Position numbers and translations under genes: made by a program. Shown one piece after another: positions 54,027 through 63,999 of a DNA stretch of 64,000 nucleotides; positions within the stretch are counted from its first letter, which is position 1; every line of letters starts with the position of its first letter. This DNA is from Acinetobacter phage vB_AbaSI_3, in the sequence record PQ382034.1. One strand, 5' to 3'. The notes below the pieces were generated by a model that ran no database searches, had not been told where the DNA came from, and saw only the letters and a list, made by a program, of their open reading frames with translations.

Positions 54027-55708
54027 GATACCTCCATTACAGTAAAACGTCCAACTTTCTTCATTTGAAGATGTTGCCCATAATCTTGCGGGTTATGATC
54101 TCGATGGCTGATAATAAACACATTTGAATCAGGCATATTATTCAAGATAGTAGTGACAGATTTTGTGGCGGATGCATCGAAGGCACCGTCAAAGATTTCA
54201 TCTAAAAAGAGGCATGAGATTTTGATGCCAGATATTTTTTCGGCAATATCTCGCCATGTAAACATCAATGCCAGATCAATTCGTCCTTTTTCACCTTGCG
54301 AGAATGATGCGTATGAAAAATCTTCTCGACCACGAGATTTAATAGTTTCAGAAAATTCTTCATTTAATGTGAACGAATAGTCTGCTTCCATCATCGCCAA
54401 ATACGAATTGATTTGTTTGTTGAAAATAGGGATGTATTTTTTGATGATGGACCCTTTAATGCCAGAATCTTTTAACATTTCAGTGATGACTGTTCGACGT
54501 TGCTTGTCAATGACAAGTGCACTTTTTCGTTGAATCACATCAGACAATTCATCTTTGAGGCGTTGAACTTCAGATGTGTTGTCTACAAAATCCTTTTTGG
54601 CTTCTTCAAGCGCGGCATTGACTTTTTTAATACGTTCTATTTGTTGAAGCGCTAATTGGCGATTAGTTGCAATTTTATTTTCTAAGCCACGTATAACTTC
54701 TTTGGCATTCAAATATGCAACCTTACGATCATGTATCTCTTTGTGGATTTCCTTGAGGCGCTCAAGTTCTGCACTGAGTGTGAGTTTAGAGTCTTCGATT
54801 TTTTCCACTAATGAGTTGTCTGAAAGCAATTGAAGGCATGTAGGACATGATCCGCCGCCTTCATACAATTTCAATACGCGTAAGGTCGAATTGAGTTCAC
54901 TTTCAGCTTGAACGATAGCTCGATGAGAATTATGAGACTCTTCACTCGGGTCATCGCCTAGTTCTATGGCTAAAATTTGCTCATTGTACGATTGATTTTG
55001 TGCTTTAATCTTGTCTACTTCGGCCACAGCTTCATCTTTCATAGCTTCCAAACGAGTGATGTTATCACCAGATAGTTTTTGCTGACGCTCATTCGCTGCA
55101 ATAAGAGTTTGAATTTGTGTTTGAAGATGCGTAATTGTCAATTCGGTTTTCGATAATTCAGCATTAATGTTACGAATTTCATCCTTATTGAGCTTGTCCA
55201 TGTCAGCAAGAATTGACACTTCTAATAGGTCTTCAACAAGTTTACGGCGAGCACCAGTAGATAGGCTCATAAATGGTGTGTAACCTGCAGTACCGAGAAC
55301 TACAACCTGCTTGTATGAGTTATAGTTCATCCCAATCATTTCTTCAAATTCGCTTTGGAAATCTTTAGCGCTTGCTGCAACATCGAGCGGCTTACCATCT
55401 TTATATACTTCGAAGATATTTGGCTTGATGCCACGTTTGATGTAATATTCATGATTGTTGTACTCTAATAACAATTTAACCAATAGGCCCTTTTTGTTAG
55501 TTGAGTTAAGTAATTGTCCCTTTTTGATGTCACGAAATGGTTTACCAAACAATGCAAATGTAATGGCCTCGAGAAGTGTAGACTTCCCTCCGCCATTTGG
55601 ACCTGTGATAAGAGTTTTATGAACCTTATCCAATTGAATGAATATTGAATTGTCACCGACCGACATAATATTACAATATTCAATTTCTTTAAGTTTAAAC
55701 GTTTTCAT
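54023..55708 (-). CDS. 46: recombination endonuclease subunit gp46 (Rad50/SbcC-like ABC ATPase)
   Basis: 561 aa. N-terminal Walker A GPNGGGKST, a long coiled coil with a CPTC zinc hook, a C-terminal signature motif, and Walker B/D-loop (CLFLDEIFDG). Confidence 0.92.
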   Translation of the reverse strand: MKTFKLKEIEYCNIMSVGDNSIFIQLDKVHKTLITGPNGGGKSTLLEAITFALFGKPFRDIKKGQLLNSTNKKGLLVKLLLEYNNHEYYIKRGIKPNIFEVYKDGKPLDVAASAKDFQSEFEEMIGMNYNSYKQVVVLGTAGYTPFMSLSTGARRKLVEDLLEVSILADMDKLNKDEIRNINAELSKTELTITHLQTQIQTLIAANERQQKLSGDNITRLEAMKDEAVAEVDKIKAQNQSYNEQILAIELGDDPSEESHNSHRAIVQAESELNSTLRVLKLYEGGGSCPTCLQLLSDNSLVEKIEDSKLTLSAELERLKEIHKEIHDRKVAYLNAKEVIRGLENKIATNRQLALQQIERIKKVNAALEEAKKDFVDNTSEVQRLKDELSDVIQRKSALVIDKQRRTVITEMLKDSGIKGSIIKKYIPIFNKQINSYLAMMEADYSFTLNEEFSETIKSRGREDFSYASFSQGEKGRIDLALMFTWRDIAEKISGIKISCLFLDEIFDGAFDASATKSVTTILNNMPDSNVFIISHRDHNPQDYGQHLQMKKVGRFTVMEVS

Positions 55709-56322
55709 TTAAGACCCTTTGGTATAGCGTATGCACCTGAATGAATGTCTAAGTATATAGAACGTGTAGCGCTCTGTATTTCAGGTGACACTGAGCCTGA
55801 AATAGAGTCATAAATTGATGCATAGTAATGTTTTCTTGCTTTAATTATATCACGAATCTGATAAAGCGAGATAGGTTTATAGTCGGTGTTTTCTAACGAT
55901 GTATTGACATAACGACAATCATCTAAAGTGGCAAAATGAACATGACCATGGATATTAATCTTTCCACGTAGTTCTGTCGGATGTAGTGGTGCATGAGACA
56001 ACCAAAACTCTTTGTACTTACGCAATGCTGCTACTTCATCAAATGTTTCACAAAGTTGTTGCATTGTCAAATTATCGGTGTCATGATTTCCACAAATAAG
56101 AATCTTTTTGCCTGGCCATTTAGCGATTTGACGTGCACGTTCCAATGAAAATACTGCATCGCCTGTAAAGTAACAGACATCTCGTTTTGTTACTGCGTTA
56201 TAGTATTCACGCTCAACATGTTCGAAATGGTCTTGTTCGTCACGAAATTGAGTGCGATATTTTGCGATAGCTTTATGTCCTGCATGCAAGTCGCCATAAA
56301 ATAATACGTTAGCCATTACCAT
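55705..56322 (-). CDS. calcineurin-like metallophosphoesterase
   Basis: 205 aa. Phosphoesterase motifs GDLHAG, GD(AVF), GNHD, and HGHVH. Confidence 0.75.
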   Translation of the reverse strand: MVMANVLFYGDLHAGHKAIAKYRTQFRDEQDHFEHVEREYYNAVTKRDVCYFTGDAVFSLERARQIAKWPGKKILICGNHDTDNLTMQQLCETFDEVAALRKYKEFWLSHAPLHPTELRGKINIHGHVHFATLDDCRYVNTSLENTDYKPISLYQIRDIIKARKHYYASIYDSISGSVSPEIQSATRSIYLDIHSGAYAIPKGLK

Positions 56323-56573
56323 TCTCCAGGTGGAAGTTCTTCACCGATATTTGCATCTATAACTGAATCGACTGCTGCCTCTACTTGATGAGGATATAAA
56401 CGCATTGAACGCCCAGTCTCTTCGCATGTAATTGTAAGTTGTCCGACTTTGCCTCCTTTACGAGTAACAAGATATTCAATCTTGAATCGAGCAGGATATT
56501 CAGATGCTAGATTAAACATAATGTGTTTTGTCTTTGGTTTCTCGTTGACCAATAGAACATTTTTCAATTTCAT
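56316..56573 (-). CDS. hypothetical protein
   Basis: 85 aa. Confidence 0.4.
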   Translation of the reverse strand: MKLKNVLLVNEKPKTKHIMFNLASEYPARFKIEYLVTRKGGKVGQLTITCEETGRSMRLYPHQVEAAVDSVIDANIGEELPPGEW

Positions 56574-57580
56574 TTTGAAGCCTCCAGATATAACAATTTT
56601 GACATATCTTTGATTGCAGCTGCATCTTCGGATGTTAAGTCTTCAATCGATTCAACATATTCATCGATAAGTTCAGATAATGACTTTACTTCAGTTGTGT
56701 CTTCCTCTTCAATAACTGCACTTGTATCTACTCGGTTGACCACTTTAAGTTCATGAACTACATTTTCTAATGCAGTTTCAAATGCAGCTAATTGTTTATC
56801 TACTTTAGTGACATACAATCTAACTGATAGATTTTTATAGATTTCAGGATTTATTTGGGTAGGATAATCGATACGTCTGTGCCACATAGTATTGTTCTGA
56901 ATGAATTTTGATTCTTCAGTATCTGAATCAAATTCCCAGAATCCACGTGGATCATTTTCATCACCTGCTGTCAGTGACCATGGTGTCCCGATATATGTTA
57001 CATTTTTATTTTCAGAAATTGTATGGAAATGCCCAGACCAAACACGCTTATATGACTTCAAGAAATCAGGTTCTTCACCATGAGATTCCATACCTTTGTA
57101 GAAATAGAACCCATTGAGTTCAAAATGCCCCATGCAATATTTCGATTTAGATGCCTTAATAAATTTTAAAATTTCTTCTCGATTCTCTTCACAGATCCAA
57201 GGCACCATATCAATCTCTACGCCTAAATCTATAGTTGTAGGAGAACTAATGACTGTGAAATTTTCAAATTGTGTCAATAATTCGTCACATGCATTAGGGA
57301 AGATAGTATTTTTAAATGTTGCATCATGGTTACCGACAATAACATAAACTTTAATGCCAGCATTAAGAATCTCTTGGCAAATTTTTCTGTTGAAATTCAT
57401 TGTCTTATGTGTGATTGCCTTACGAACATCAAACCAATCGCCAGCCTGCAACCAAGTTGTTATTCCTCTAGATTTAGAGTAATCAATGGCCTGTCTAATT
57501 CCTTGCAATTGGATATTCTGGATCCATGGATCATCTTGACGAACACCAATATGCAAGTCTCCTAATTTCAAAAATTTCAT
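56570..57580 (-). CDS. 47: recombination endonuclease subunit gp47 (Mre11/SbcD-like nuclease)
   Basis: 336 aa. Colinear with T4 gp47: LGD.H.GV..DD.WI..IQ..GI.QAI.YSK..GITTW.Q.GD.FDVRKAITHKTM.F, IVGNHD, W.C.EN..EIL, GHFHTISE, GTPW.LTAGDENDPRGFW.FD. Confidence 0.92.
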   Translation of the reverse strand: MKFLKLGDLHIGVRQDDPWIQNIQLQGIRQAIDYSKSRGITTWLQAGDWFDVRKAITHKTMNFNRKICQEILNAGIKVYVIVGNHDATFKNTIFPNACDELLTQFENFTVISSPTTIDLGVEIDMVPWICEENREEILKFIKASKSKYCMGHFELNGFYFYKGMESHGEEPDFLKSYKRVWSGHFHTISENKNVTYIGTPWSLTAGDENDPRGFWEFDSDTEESKFIQNNTMWHRRIDYPTQINPEIYKNLSVRLYVTKVDKQLAAFETALENVVHELKVVNRVDTSAVIEEEDTTEVKSLSELIDEYVESIEDLTSEDAAAIKDMSKLLYLEASK

Positions 57581-57642
57581 ATGAATACCTTATCTAATCT
57601 ATGGATCTATTATATATCATATAGCATGCATAGTAAACAACA

Positions 57643-57660
57643 AAGGGACCGAAGTCCCTT
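57643..57660 (-). terminator. terminator hairpin
   Basis: AAGGGAC-CGAAG-GTCCCTT. Confidence 0.45.
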
Positions 57661-57663
57661 AAA

Positions 57664-58026
57664 TTATTTTTGTTCTAGTTTAGCGGCTTTGTGAGCTATA
57701 TCCAACATCGCTTCGCGAGAAGAGTTCCACATTGCAAGAATTAATTCATCATTATATGGCTGACGATAGAACTTACGAAGTTTTTTAATTGCATAAGAAT
57801 ACCCAGTGAAATTATTTGTAATTAGACATTCACCTGCATGTTTTTTGAGGCGTTCTAATTCCTTTTTGTTACGTTTAATTAATTTCTGCGCACGTTTTTG
57901 TGCTTGAGCTTCAATGCGTCTCTGAATTTTCTCTGCATCATATTCATCTATAACTGAGCCTAAGAATTCGTCATCATGTTCAACAGTTTCAGATTCGATA
58001 AATAGCTGTTCGATATTAGCTTCCAT
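57664..58026 (-). CDS. hypothetical protein
   Basis: 120 aa, Lys/Arg-rich and helical. Confidence 0.4.
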   Translation of the reverse strand: MEANIEQLFIESETVEHDDEFLGSVIDEYDAEKIQRRIEAQAQKRAQKLIKRNKKELERLKKHAGECLITNNFTGYSYAIKKLRKFYRQPYNDELILAMWNSSREAMLDIAHKAAKLEQK

Positions 58027-58163
58027 AGCTTTATCCTTGATTGAGTGTTAAGTAAAGACCGGAATCTTGTACATCAAATAAGTATTCAGATTCCGGGTCA
58101 ATTTCAAATAATTCAGATTCAGAGCTGAAAAAATCTTTCTCTTCATTCAATAAGTGCGTTAAA

Positions 58164-58706
58164 TCAAGTATTCTCTCCATACAAAAAGTCCAGTGCATCA
58201 GTGTCTTCGACCTTTGGTCTTTCTTTTGGCTGTGCCTTTGTCGAAGCTTCATATTGTGTCATCTTATCGTAAATGTCCTGAATAAAGCCTTCATCTGCAA
58301 TAGATGCCATTTCAGGATCACGAGAATCATACACGTTGTTAATAAAGTAGCTGTATTTTACCGCAGTTTGTTTGCGTTCTTTTTTGATACGCTGAATAAA
58401 TGCATTAAAACAAGCCATAGTGATATATGCATGAGGATTATCGTATTTTGTCTCATCAAAATTGATGAGTCCTTTAATTGCAGCCTCTACACCATCACCA
58501 ATCATTTCTTCTTTCCAGGCTGGCGTATAGCCAGAAAAGTTAAAACGTTTTGATAGACCTCTTGAAATAAGAAGTATTGCTCTTCCAATAGTATCATTTT
58601 GTTTGACAATTGTACCAGCGGCTCTACACTCTTCCTTCCAAGAACATATAGCTTCATACAATTCTTTGTTATTCACATAGTTGTGCTTAACTTGTGTATT
58701 ACTCAT
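58164..58706 (-). CDS. 55: late-transcription sigma factor gp55
   Basis: 180 aa. Colinear with T4 gp55: [97 protein letters not shown]. Confidence 0.9.
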   Translation of the reverse strand: MSNTQVKHNYVNNKELYEAICSWKEECRAAGTIVKQNDTIGRAILLISRGLSKRFNFSGYTPAWKEEMIGDGVEAAIKGLINFDETKYDNPHAYITMACFNAFIQRIKKERKQTAVKYSYFINNVYDSRDPEMASIADEGFIQDIYDKMTQYEASTKAQPKERPKVEDTDALDFLYGENT

Positions 58707-58760
58707 TAAAATCTCTCCTAAGTAAGCTCAAATATTTGATGAAGCATACTTTAATATTTA

Positions 58761-59132
58761 TCAACTCGGTAAAGTGTCTAATGGCGAAAATTCCACAACG
58801 CGAAATAACAAGTCTTCAAAATATTTGACAATGCGGTCATGGTCTTTGCCAGATGCATGTATTAATTCATTTGAATCATTATCAAACACATATACATCTA
58901 AAATTTCGTTTTTGTCATACAAAATAGAACCGATTTTTTCGCCATTGGCATCAAATATTAGTGCTCGAACATAACTGTTTGACAAGTCTAAGTCAATGTA
59001 TCCTAACGGATATGTTTCTACTTTTACACGTCTGAAAATCCAAAAACCTCGCTCTACTAAACGAGTTCCATTGACAGTATACATCCCGCTTATTTTTGGA
59101 AATAAGTGAAAAACGTTTTTAAGAACTTTCAT
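58761..59132 (-). CDS. hypothetical protein
   Basis: 123 aa. Confidence 0.4.
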   Translation of the reverse strand: MKVLKNVFHLFPKISGMYTVNGTRLVERGFWIFRRVKVETYPLGYIDLDLSNSYVRALIFDANGEKIGSILYDKNEILDVYVFDNDSNELIHASGKDHDRIVKYFEDLLFRVVEFSPLDTLPS

Positions 59133-59190
59133 ACCTATGCCTATAAAATTTCATTTAGAATTATTATACTACACTCAGTGATATAGCAAA

Positions 59191-59208
59191 GGGACCTTGC
59201 GGTCCCTT
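59191..59208 (-). terminator. hairpin at the nrdH-like gene 3' end
   Basis: AGGGACC-TTGC-GGTCCCT. Confidence 0.35.
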
Positions 59209-59491
59209 AAAATGTATCATAACCTAATTGCAGAAGATAGTTCTTAAGCTCTTTGATCTTAACACGTGTCCCATCTATGAAAATATATGGCATGAATAAT
59301 TTTGACACTGTGATCTTTGTCTTTAACTCCGCATACAATTCATCATCGATCTTTGGAATACCATCTACAATTTTTACAATACGCTTGAATGTATAAGGCA
59401 AACCTGCCTCATTAAAGGTTTTCTTTGCACTTTCACAGCCTGCACATCGAAACGTTTCTTCTTCAATACCGTAAATTTCAATATTCATCAC
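59207..59491 (-). CDS. nrdH: glutaredoxin-like protein (NrdH-like)
   Basis: 94 aa. N-terminal CxxC (CAGC) after a beta-strand (IEIYG), at the position of T4 nrdH. Confidence 0.6.
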   Translation of the reverse strand: MMNIEIYGIEEETFRCAGCESAKKTFNEAGLPYTFKRIVKIVDGIPKIDDELYAELKTKITVSKLFMPYIFIDGTRVKIKELKNYLLQLGYDTF

Positions 59492-59732
59492 GATTAAATC
59501 CGCTATAATAAATGAAGTTGTAGATTTCTACTAAATCAAATCCGCTTATATTGAGCTCACATAACGCTACTTCAATATCTCTCATTGATATATCACGATC
59601 TGTTGGCATATCGACGCAATGTTTATAACCATTGCTCCATGTTTCAAAGTGTACTAAATCTTCTTGCGCAATAATATACAATCTATCGCCTGTATCGCCT
59701 TCATAATTGATTGAGACTGATGTAACTTTCAT
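59478..59732 (-). CDS. hypothetical protein
   Basis: 84 aa. Confidence 0.35.
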   Translation of the reverse strand: MKVTSVSINYEGDTGDRLYIIAQEDLVHFETWSNGYKHCVDMPTDRDISMRDIEVALCELNISGFDLVEIYNFIYYSGFNRDEY

Positions 59733-60211
59733 TGCTTATCCTTTAAGAATAGTCTGAGAGCCTTTTTAAACAAGGGTACTCGTTTTGCCTTAGTGCATTT
59801 TGCCGGGAATTCTAAACCTATTGATGCTGCAAGATTATCCATGCCATCAAGATCAAGTTTAGAAAAGTACTTGGTTAAATCATTGATATAAGCAGGGTGA
59901 GTGTTGTGCTCGGATAAATCTTTTTTGTAATATTCAGACAACGTCATAAAATATTCAGAGATGTCAACACCTTTGGATTTCAATCCTGAAGTATCAAATT
60001 TATGTTTGAGTTGTCCTTCTAATGCATTACAATAATTGCATAAGAGAGCACGTACTTTGCCTGCATTTGGACCATGTAATGTATGGTCATGGTCTAGATG
60101 ATTAGATTTTATATCTGGAGAAAGAGCTCTTCGGCATAATGGGCATATTCCATTTTGTGCATGATACAATCTAATCTTTTCTTCTTCAAATTTTTTGCCG
60201 ATTAATAACAT
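59729..60211 (-). CDS. 49: endonuclease VII gp49 (Holliday-junction resolvase)
   Basis: 160 aa. Colinear with T4 gp49: MLL.GK...EK...Y.AQNG.C..C.R.L.PD...NHLDHDH.L.GP.AGKVR.LLCN.CNA.EGQ.KHKF..SGLK. Confidence 0.9.
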   Translation of the reverse strand: MLLIGKKFEEEKIRLYHAQNGICPLCRRALSPDIKSNHLDHDHTLHGPNAGKVRALLCNYCNALEGQLKHKFDTSGLKSKGVDISEYFMTLSEYYKKDLSEHNTHPAYINDLTKYFSKLDLDGMDNLAASIGLEFPAKCTKAKRVPLFKKALRLFLKDKQ

Positions 60212-60243
60212 ACTATCACCTCAGTAGATGATAGTATTTATTG

Positions 60244-60519
60244 TCAGCCAATCACGCGATATGAATCATCAGCGTCTAAGATACACCAATAATCCTTTAG
60301 TTCTTCAACAGTCGAAATGTCAATAATTTCACCCGTTTCAGTATTTTTTAGCTTATCGATTCCCCAGATGTCATCGATTAAAATTGTGACACTTTCAACT
60401 GTATAGGGAATTCCAGGCTTTAATTCTGGGAAATATTGTGCAATAAAAACATTATCTTCGAAATATTTTTTGTTGATAATGACAGTATTGCCTATACTAG
60501 GCTTCACTCGAATCGGCAT
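60244..60519 (-). CDS. hypothetical protein
   Basis: 91 aa. Confidence 0.35.
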   Translation of the reverse strand: MPIRVKPSIGNTVIINKKYFEDNVFIAQYFPELKPGIPYTVESVTILIDDIWGIDKLKNTETGEIIDISTVEELKDYWCILDADDSYRVIG

Positions 60520-60796
60520 TTAGCACCTCATATTCTTGCGGATTGGATGTAGTAATGAATGCCCACCATTTTGCCTTTGGCTGCTCATTTTCTGGAAGTC
60601 GATGAACTTCGTGGACATTAAACTTTTCTGATGTTTCGACACAAATCATCTCAATAACGCCAGATATTTCTCCAAGATTTCTGATGCAAGTAGCTCTATA
60701 TGATTTACCCAGAGATAGCTCTGGGTAATGTATTAAGAAATCATCAGATGTATTGAAGAAATGGTCTGTCAATTTAAAAACCATTCCAGTTTGCAT
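60497..60796 (-). CDS. hypothetical protein
   Basis: 99 aa. Confidence 0.35.
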   Translation of the reverse strand: MQTGMVFKLTDHFFNTSDDFLIHYPELSLGKSYRATCIRNLGEISGVIEMICVETSEKFNVHEVHRLPENEQPKAKWWAFITTSNPQEYEVLNADSSEA

Positions 60797-60797
60797 A

Positions 60798-61124
60798 TTA
60801 CACCTTTACAAAGAAATGTGAAGTGAAGTTAGTGAAGAATGCCCAGAAGTCTTCATCCAATGGATTAATTTCAAATACTACACCAGTAGATAAAGCTTTG
60901 AGTGCAACACATCCTTTAGTCATATCTAAAAGTTCAGTGAATTCATCTTCTGCAGGAGTTTCACGAACTTTTTCAATAACAAAAATACTATGTTTACTCA
61001 ATTCTGGAGTTTTCTTAATTAAAGGCTTGATGTGGCGAAGACCTTCAGGAGTGAATGAAATTTTATCGCCTTCAGCAAAATCAACAGGGTTCAAATATGT
61101 AGTATTCATTTCAATTTCCTTCAA
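60798..61124 (-). CDS. hypothetical protein
   Basis: 108 aa. Confidence 0.4.
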   Translation of the reverse strand: MKEIEMNTTYLNPVDFAEGDKISFTPEGLRHIKPLIKKTPELSKHSIFVIEKVRETPAEDEFTELLDMTKGCVALKALSTGVVFEINPLDEDFWAFFTNFTSHFFVKV

Positions 61125-61151
61125 TTAATAACAACTTAGGTATTTTAAACC

Positions 61152-61430
61152 TTATTTCGATAAAGCAATGTCTTGGCGAAGCTCATGGAACCCACCAATA
61201 AGTGTTTCACCTTTAAAAATAACAGGTAATGAGATTCCAGCAGGAGAGGTTTTACCGAGTTTTGCTAACAAGCTATGAAATTCTGGAGTCCATATCGGTC
61301 CATTTTCATTTATACCAGATGCAATACTAATAAATTTGAACTCTTTGCCTTTTGCCGTACATAAACGTTTTGCACTATCGCAATTGATACATTTTTGAAC
61401 TTCAGGCAAATAACCATAAATCGTGTACAT
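61152..61430 (-). CDS. nrdC: phage thioredoxin/glutaredoxin NrdC
   Basis: 92 aa. YGY..........C..C.NAKRL.T.K...F.FI.I, LL.KLG, LP..F...G..IGGF..LR colinear with T4 NrdC. Confidence 0.8.
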   Translation of the reverse strand: MYTIYGYLPEVQKCINCDSAKRLCTAKGKEFKFISIASGINENGPIWTPEFHSLLAKLGKTSPAGISLPVIFKGETLIGGFHELRQDIALSK

Positions 61431-61519
61431 TTTGTTTCCTCTGTTAAATACGATAATTAATCTATCGTATTTATTTTATGAGGCTATTATATACAATAAC
61501 CTCATGTTTGTAAATACTT

Positions 61520-62104
61520 TTAAATTAAATTTACAGCCTTTGCAATTGCATATGAAATTCGTGGCATAGCAATACCTGTTCCAAAATATACAACCTTGCC
61601 TTCATGTGTTCGCTTGCCATAGGACCCAAGTTCGACACCTTTATATTCAATATCTAAACCCTGCGGCGTATCAACAACTATTGCGTCTTTGAGTCCTTCT
61701 TGTCTAAAAAATGCTAAAGCATCGGTCACGACTGTTCGTTCAAATGACACTAACTCGAGTTTAAGAAAGATTTCTAAGTGTGAATCATCAATTACTCTTT
61801 CATTTCGTTGACAAGGCGTAAGCATCATAAACTTGCCTTCAGATGGGACAGGTACACCGGCTTGAGCATATTTAGTCATCATATCATAAAATGACTGTTC
61901 TGCACTTCCAACGTAAAAATTGTCCTCATCATGCGCCATAGGTACAGCACCTTCAGGGATAGTTTTGTTAATTGCTTGTATGCTGACACACTGTGCAGCT
62001 GAAATAGGCTTATAGCCTAGCTTTTTATAAAACTCTATAGCGCGTAATAACTGTGGTAGATTAATTTCAAATCTTGGGTCAATTGTTAGATGTCGTTCAA
62101 ACAT
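61520..62104 (-). CDS. hypothetical protein
   Basis: 194 aa. Unassigned. Confidence 0.45.
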   Translation of the reverse strand: MFERHLTIDPRFEINLPQLLRAIEFYKKLGYKPISAAQCVSIQAINKTIPEGAVPMAHDEDNFYVGSAEQSFYDMMTKYAQAGVPVPSEGKFMMLTPCQRNERVIDDSHLEIFLKLELVSFERTVVTDALAFFRQEGLKDAIVVDTPQGLDIEYKGVELGSYGKRTHEGKVVYFGTGIAMPRISYAIAKAVNLI

Positions 62105-62709
62105 TCAAGTGCCTCTGCAATTTTGTCAGTATTTCCTAATTTGGTAAGACGTTCAGTTCGGGTGAATTTCACAAGTGTGCCCTTTGTTGCCACCCAATGA
62201 TATGAATCATTACGATGAAATAACTGACCTGGCTTCTTGTGCATTTTCGTTTGTGGTACATAGATTTCACCGCGAATGACTTCGCCTACTGTAGTGAATC
62301 CTTTAATATCACTTTCGGATACCACAGGCAAGCTAGTAGAGTTTTCAGTGAAAATAATATAGTAAGTGTTGTAGTCGACCCAAATCTTTACTTGGTCGAT
62401 GCCATCAACAAAACTTGTTGCATTTTCGAGTAAATATTTCTTCCATCCAGCGGTTGAACCAAATGATGGTCTGCCATTAGCTTCAAATGCGCCTTTAGTA
62501 GTTTCAGACATTATGTCTAAATCTTTTAATGAGACACCTAACTGGTTTGCCTGATATTTTAATGCACCATACAAATCTGATAACTCAACTTGTGCCATTA
62601 TGCGGTTGTCTGAGGCAAGAGCGTCAATAAACTCTTGAGCTTCTTCAATGAGTTTGTATGCACTTGAGTGCATACTTTTCTTTATGTCAGCAACATGGTA
62701 CCCAGCCAT
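62086..62709 (-). CDS. hypothetical protein with N-terminal MazG-like (all-alpha NTP pyrophosphohydrolase) motif
   Basis: 207 aa. LIEEAQEF...ELSDLYGAL resembles the MazG EExxE/ELxDL helices. The C-terminal domain is unknown. Confidence 0.4.
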   Translation of the reverse strand: MAGYHVADIKKSMHSSAYKLIEEAQEFIDALASDNRIMAQVELSDLYGALKYQANQLGVSLKDLDIMSETTKGAFEANGRPSFGSTAGWKKYLLENATSFVDGIDQVKIWVDYNTYYIIFTENSTSLPVVSESDIKGFTTVGEVIRGEIYVPQTKMHKKPGQLFHRNDSYHWVATKGTLVKFTRTERLTKLGNTDKIAEALECLNDI

Positions 62710-63407
62710 TATTTGAACTCCTTCACAATTTTTCCACCATATTGTGCAAATTGACTACGATATTCATACCCATTGTCTTCCCATTTGTGTTTTTCAGGAT
62801 TCCACATTTTGAATGGCTTTTGCGTAGTATCATATACTGCAACCTGATCTTTAGATGAATCTTCTTCATCCATAAAATGTACGGCTACCGTTGCACGTTC
62901 AAGCTGTTTTTTAATTTTTTGATTTTCCCAATAGCCTGGATTGCTATAGAGTGTTTCTTCTGAAGATATTGGGCGCATTGTAATGCTATCAATAGTGTGG
63001 ATGCCAAATTCACCGAATGGCAGATTGTCATCAAGTGCCTCTTTAACCCGAAGAATAGCTTCATATGCCTTTTCATCGCCGTGTTTTTCAATAAACTCGT
63101 GGCCATTAGGATCGATGCCAAACAATGTAATGAAGACCCATGTAGATGTTTCTATGGCCGCACTAACATCATCAAATTCACTTCGCGTCCATGTGTGAGT
63201 AGTTTTTCGTGGCAAATGTAATGAACTTGCTAACGCGTTGATCAATTCCATAAAATTGACTGCACGACTACCTTTGAATACTTCATTAGGTTCAAAGATC
63301 CGATTTGGGAATTCAGGATTAATTCGATGCTCAATATTAATCATATCAGCGTCGTTTTCATCGCCTTCAATTTTAAGAATATGTGTAGGTGCTGCAATAT
63401 TTGCCAT
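62709..63407 (-). CDS. hypothetical protein
   Basis: 232 aa. Confidence 0.45.
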   Translation of the reverse strand: MANIAAPTHILKIEGDENDADMINIEHRINPEFPNRIFEPNEVFKGSRAVNFMELINALASSLHLPRKTTHTWTRSEFDDVSAAIETSTWVFITLFGIDPNGHEFIEKHGDEKAYEAILRVKEALDDNLPFGEFGIHTIDSITMRPISSEETLYSNPGYWENQKIKKQLERATVAVHFMDEEDSSKDQVAVYDTTQKPFKMWNPEKHKWEDNGYEYRSQFAQYGGKIVKEFK

Positions 63408-63436
63408 GACGATTCTCCAAAGGAATATGTGTTTAA

Positions 63437-63754
63437 TTATACTATATTATCAGGTGTTTGTAAACTAAAATGTTTAATAAAACCTCGAATTGTATCTCGC
63501 ATTGCATTTTCACGTTCGCGATTTGAGGCACAAACTTTCAAGTACTCATGGTTCATACTAATAACTTGTGCAGCATCTTCTACCGTGTCATATACACCTA
63601 ACACTGCAGACTTCCAATATTTTGATTGGCGAGATCCGATTTGAACGTCAATTGAATCATCGGCTTCATCTACCACTTTGTATGCCTTGTCTAGCATAAA
63701 ATTAGGACTAGAATTATAGGCGATTATAACATATTTTCCGACTAAGCTAGACAT
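63437..63754 (-). CDS. hypothetical protein
   Basis: 105 aa. Confidence 0.4.
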   Translation of the reverse strand: MSSLVGKYVIIAYNSSPNFMLDKAYKVVDEADDSIDVQIGSRQSKYWKSAVLGVYDTVEDAAQVISMNHEYLKVCASNRERENAMRDTIRGFIKHFSLQTPDNIV

Positions 63755-63999
63755 TTTGATTTCTCCGTACGATATTTTGCAATTTCTTCTGCAACAGCTA
63801 AGGCTACATCAGAACGCATCGGTCTAACCTCTAGATACGTTGAATATGAGCCTATAACTATTTCATATTCAAGAAGAACTTCGCCGTTTAAAATATAACG
63901 AGTTATATTTGGCTTGTTAATTTGTTGCTGAGAATGTACTTCAACATTACAAGGGTATCCTTCAGTGTTCAAAATGAATTTAATTATTGCATTAGACAC
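63742..63999 (-). CDS. hypothetical protein (start at the window edge, GTG, or truncated)
   Basis: 85 aa. The first codon is GTG at 63997-63999, so the true start may lie beyond the window. Confidence 0.3.
   Translation of the reverse strand: MSNAIIKFILNTEGYPCNVEVHSQQQINKPNITRYILNGEVLLEYEIVIGSYSTYLEVRPMRSDVALAVAEEIAKYRTEKSKCLA

Noticed and set aside
58031-58252. 73-aa ORF overlapping the 3' end of gene 55
   Set aside because: It overlaps gp55 by 89 nt in another frame. A shorter acidic product from an internal Met (about 58180) would still overlap by 17 nt. It is kept out of the feature list as unsupported.
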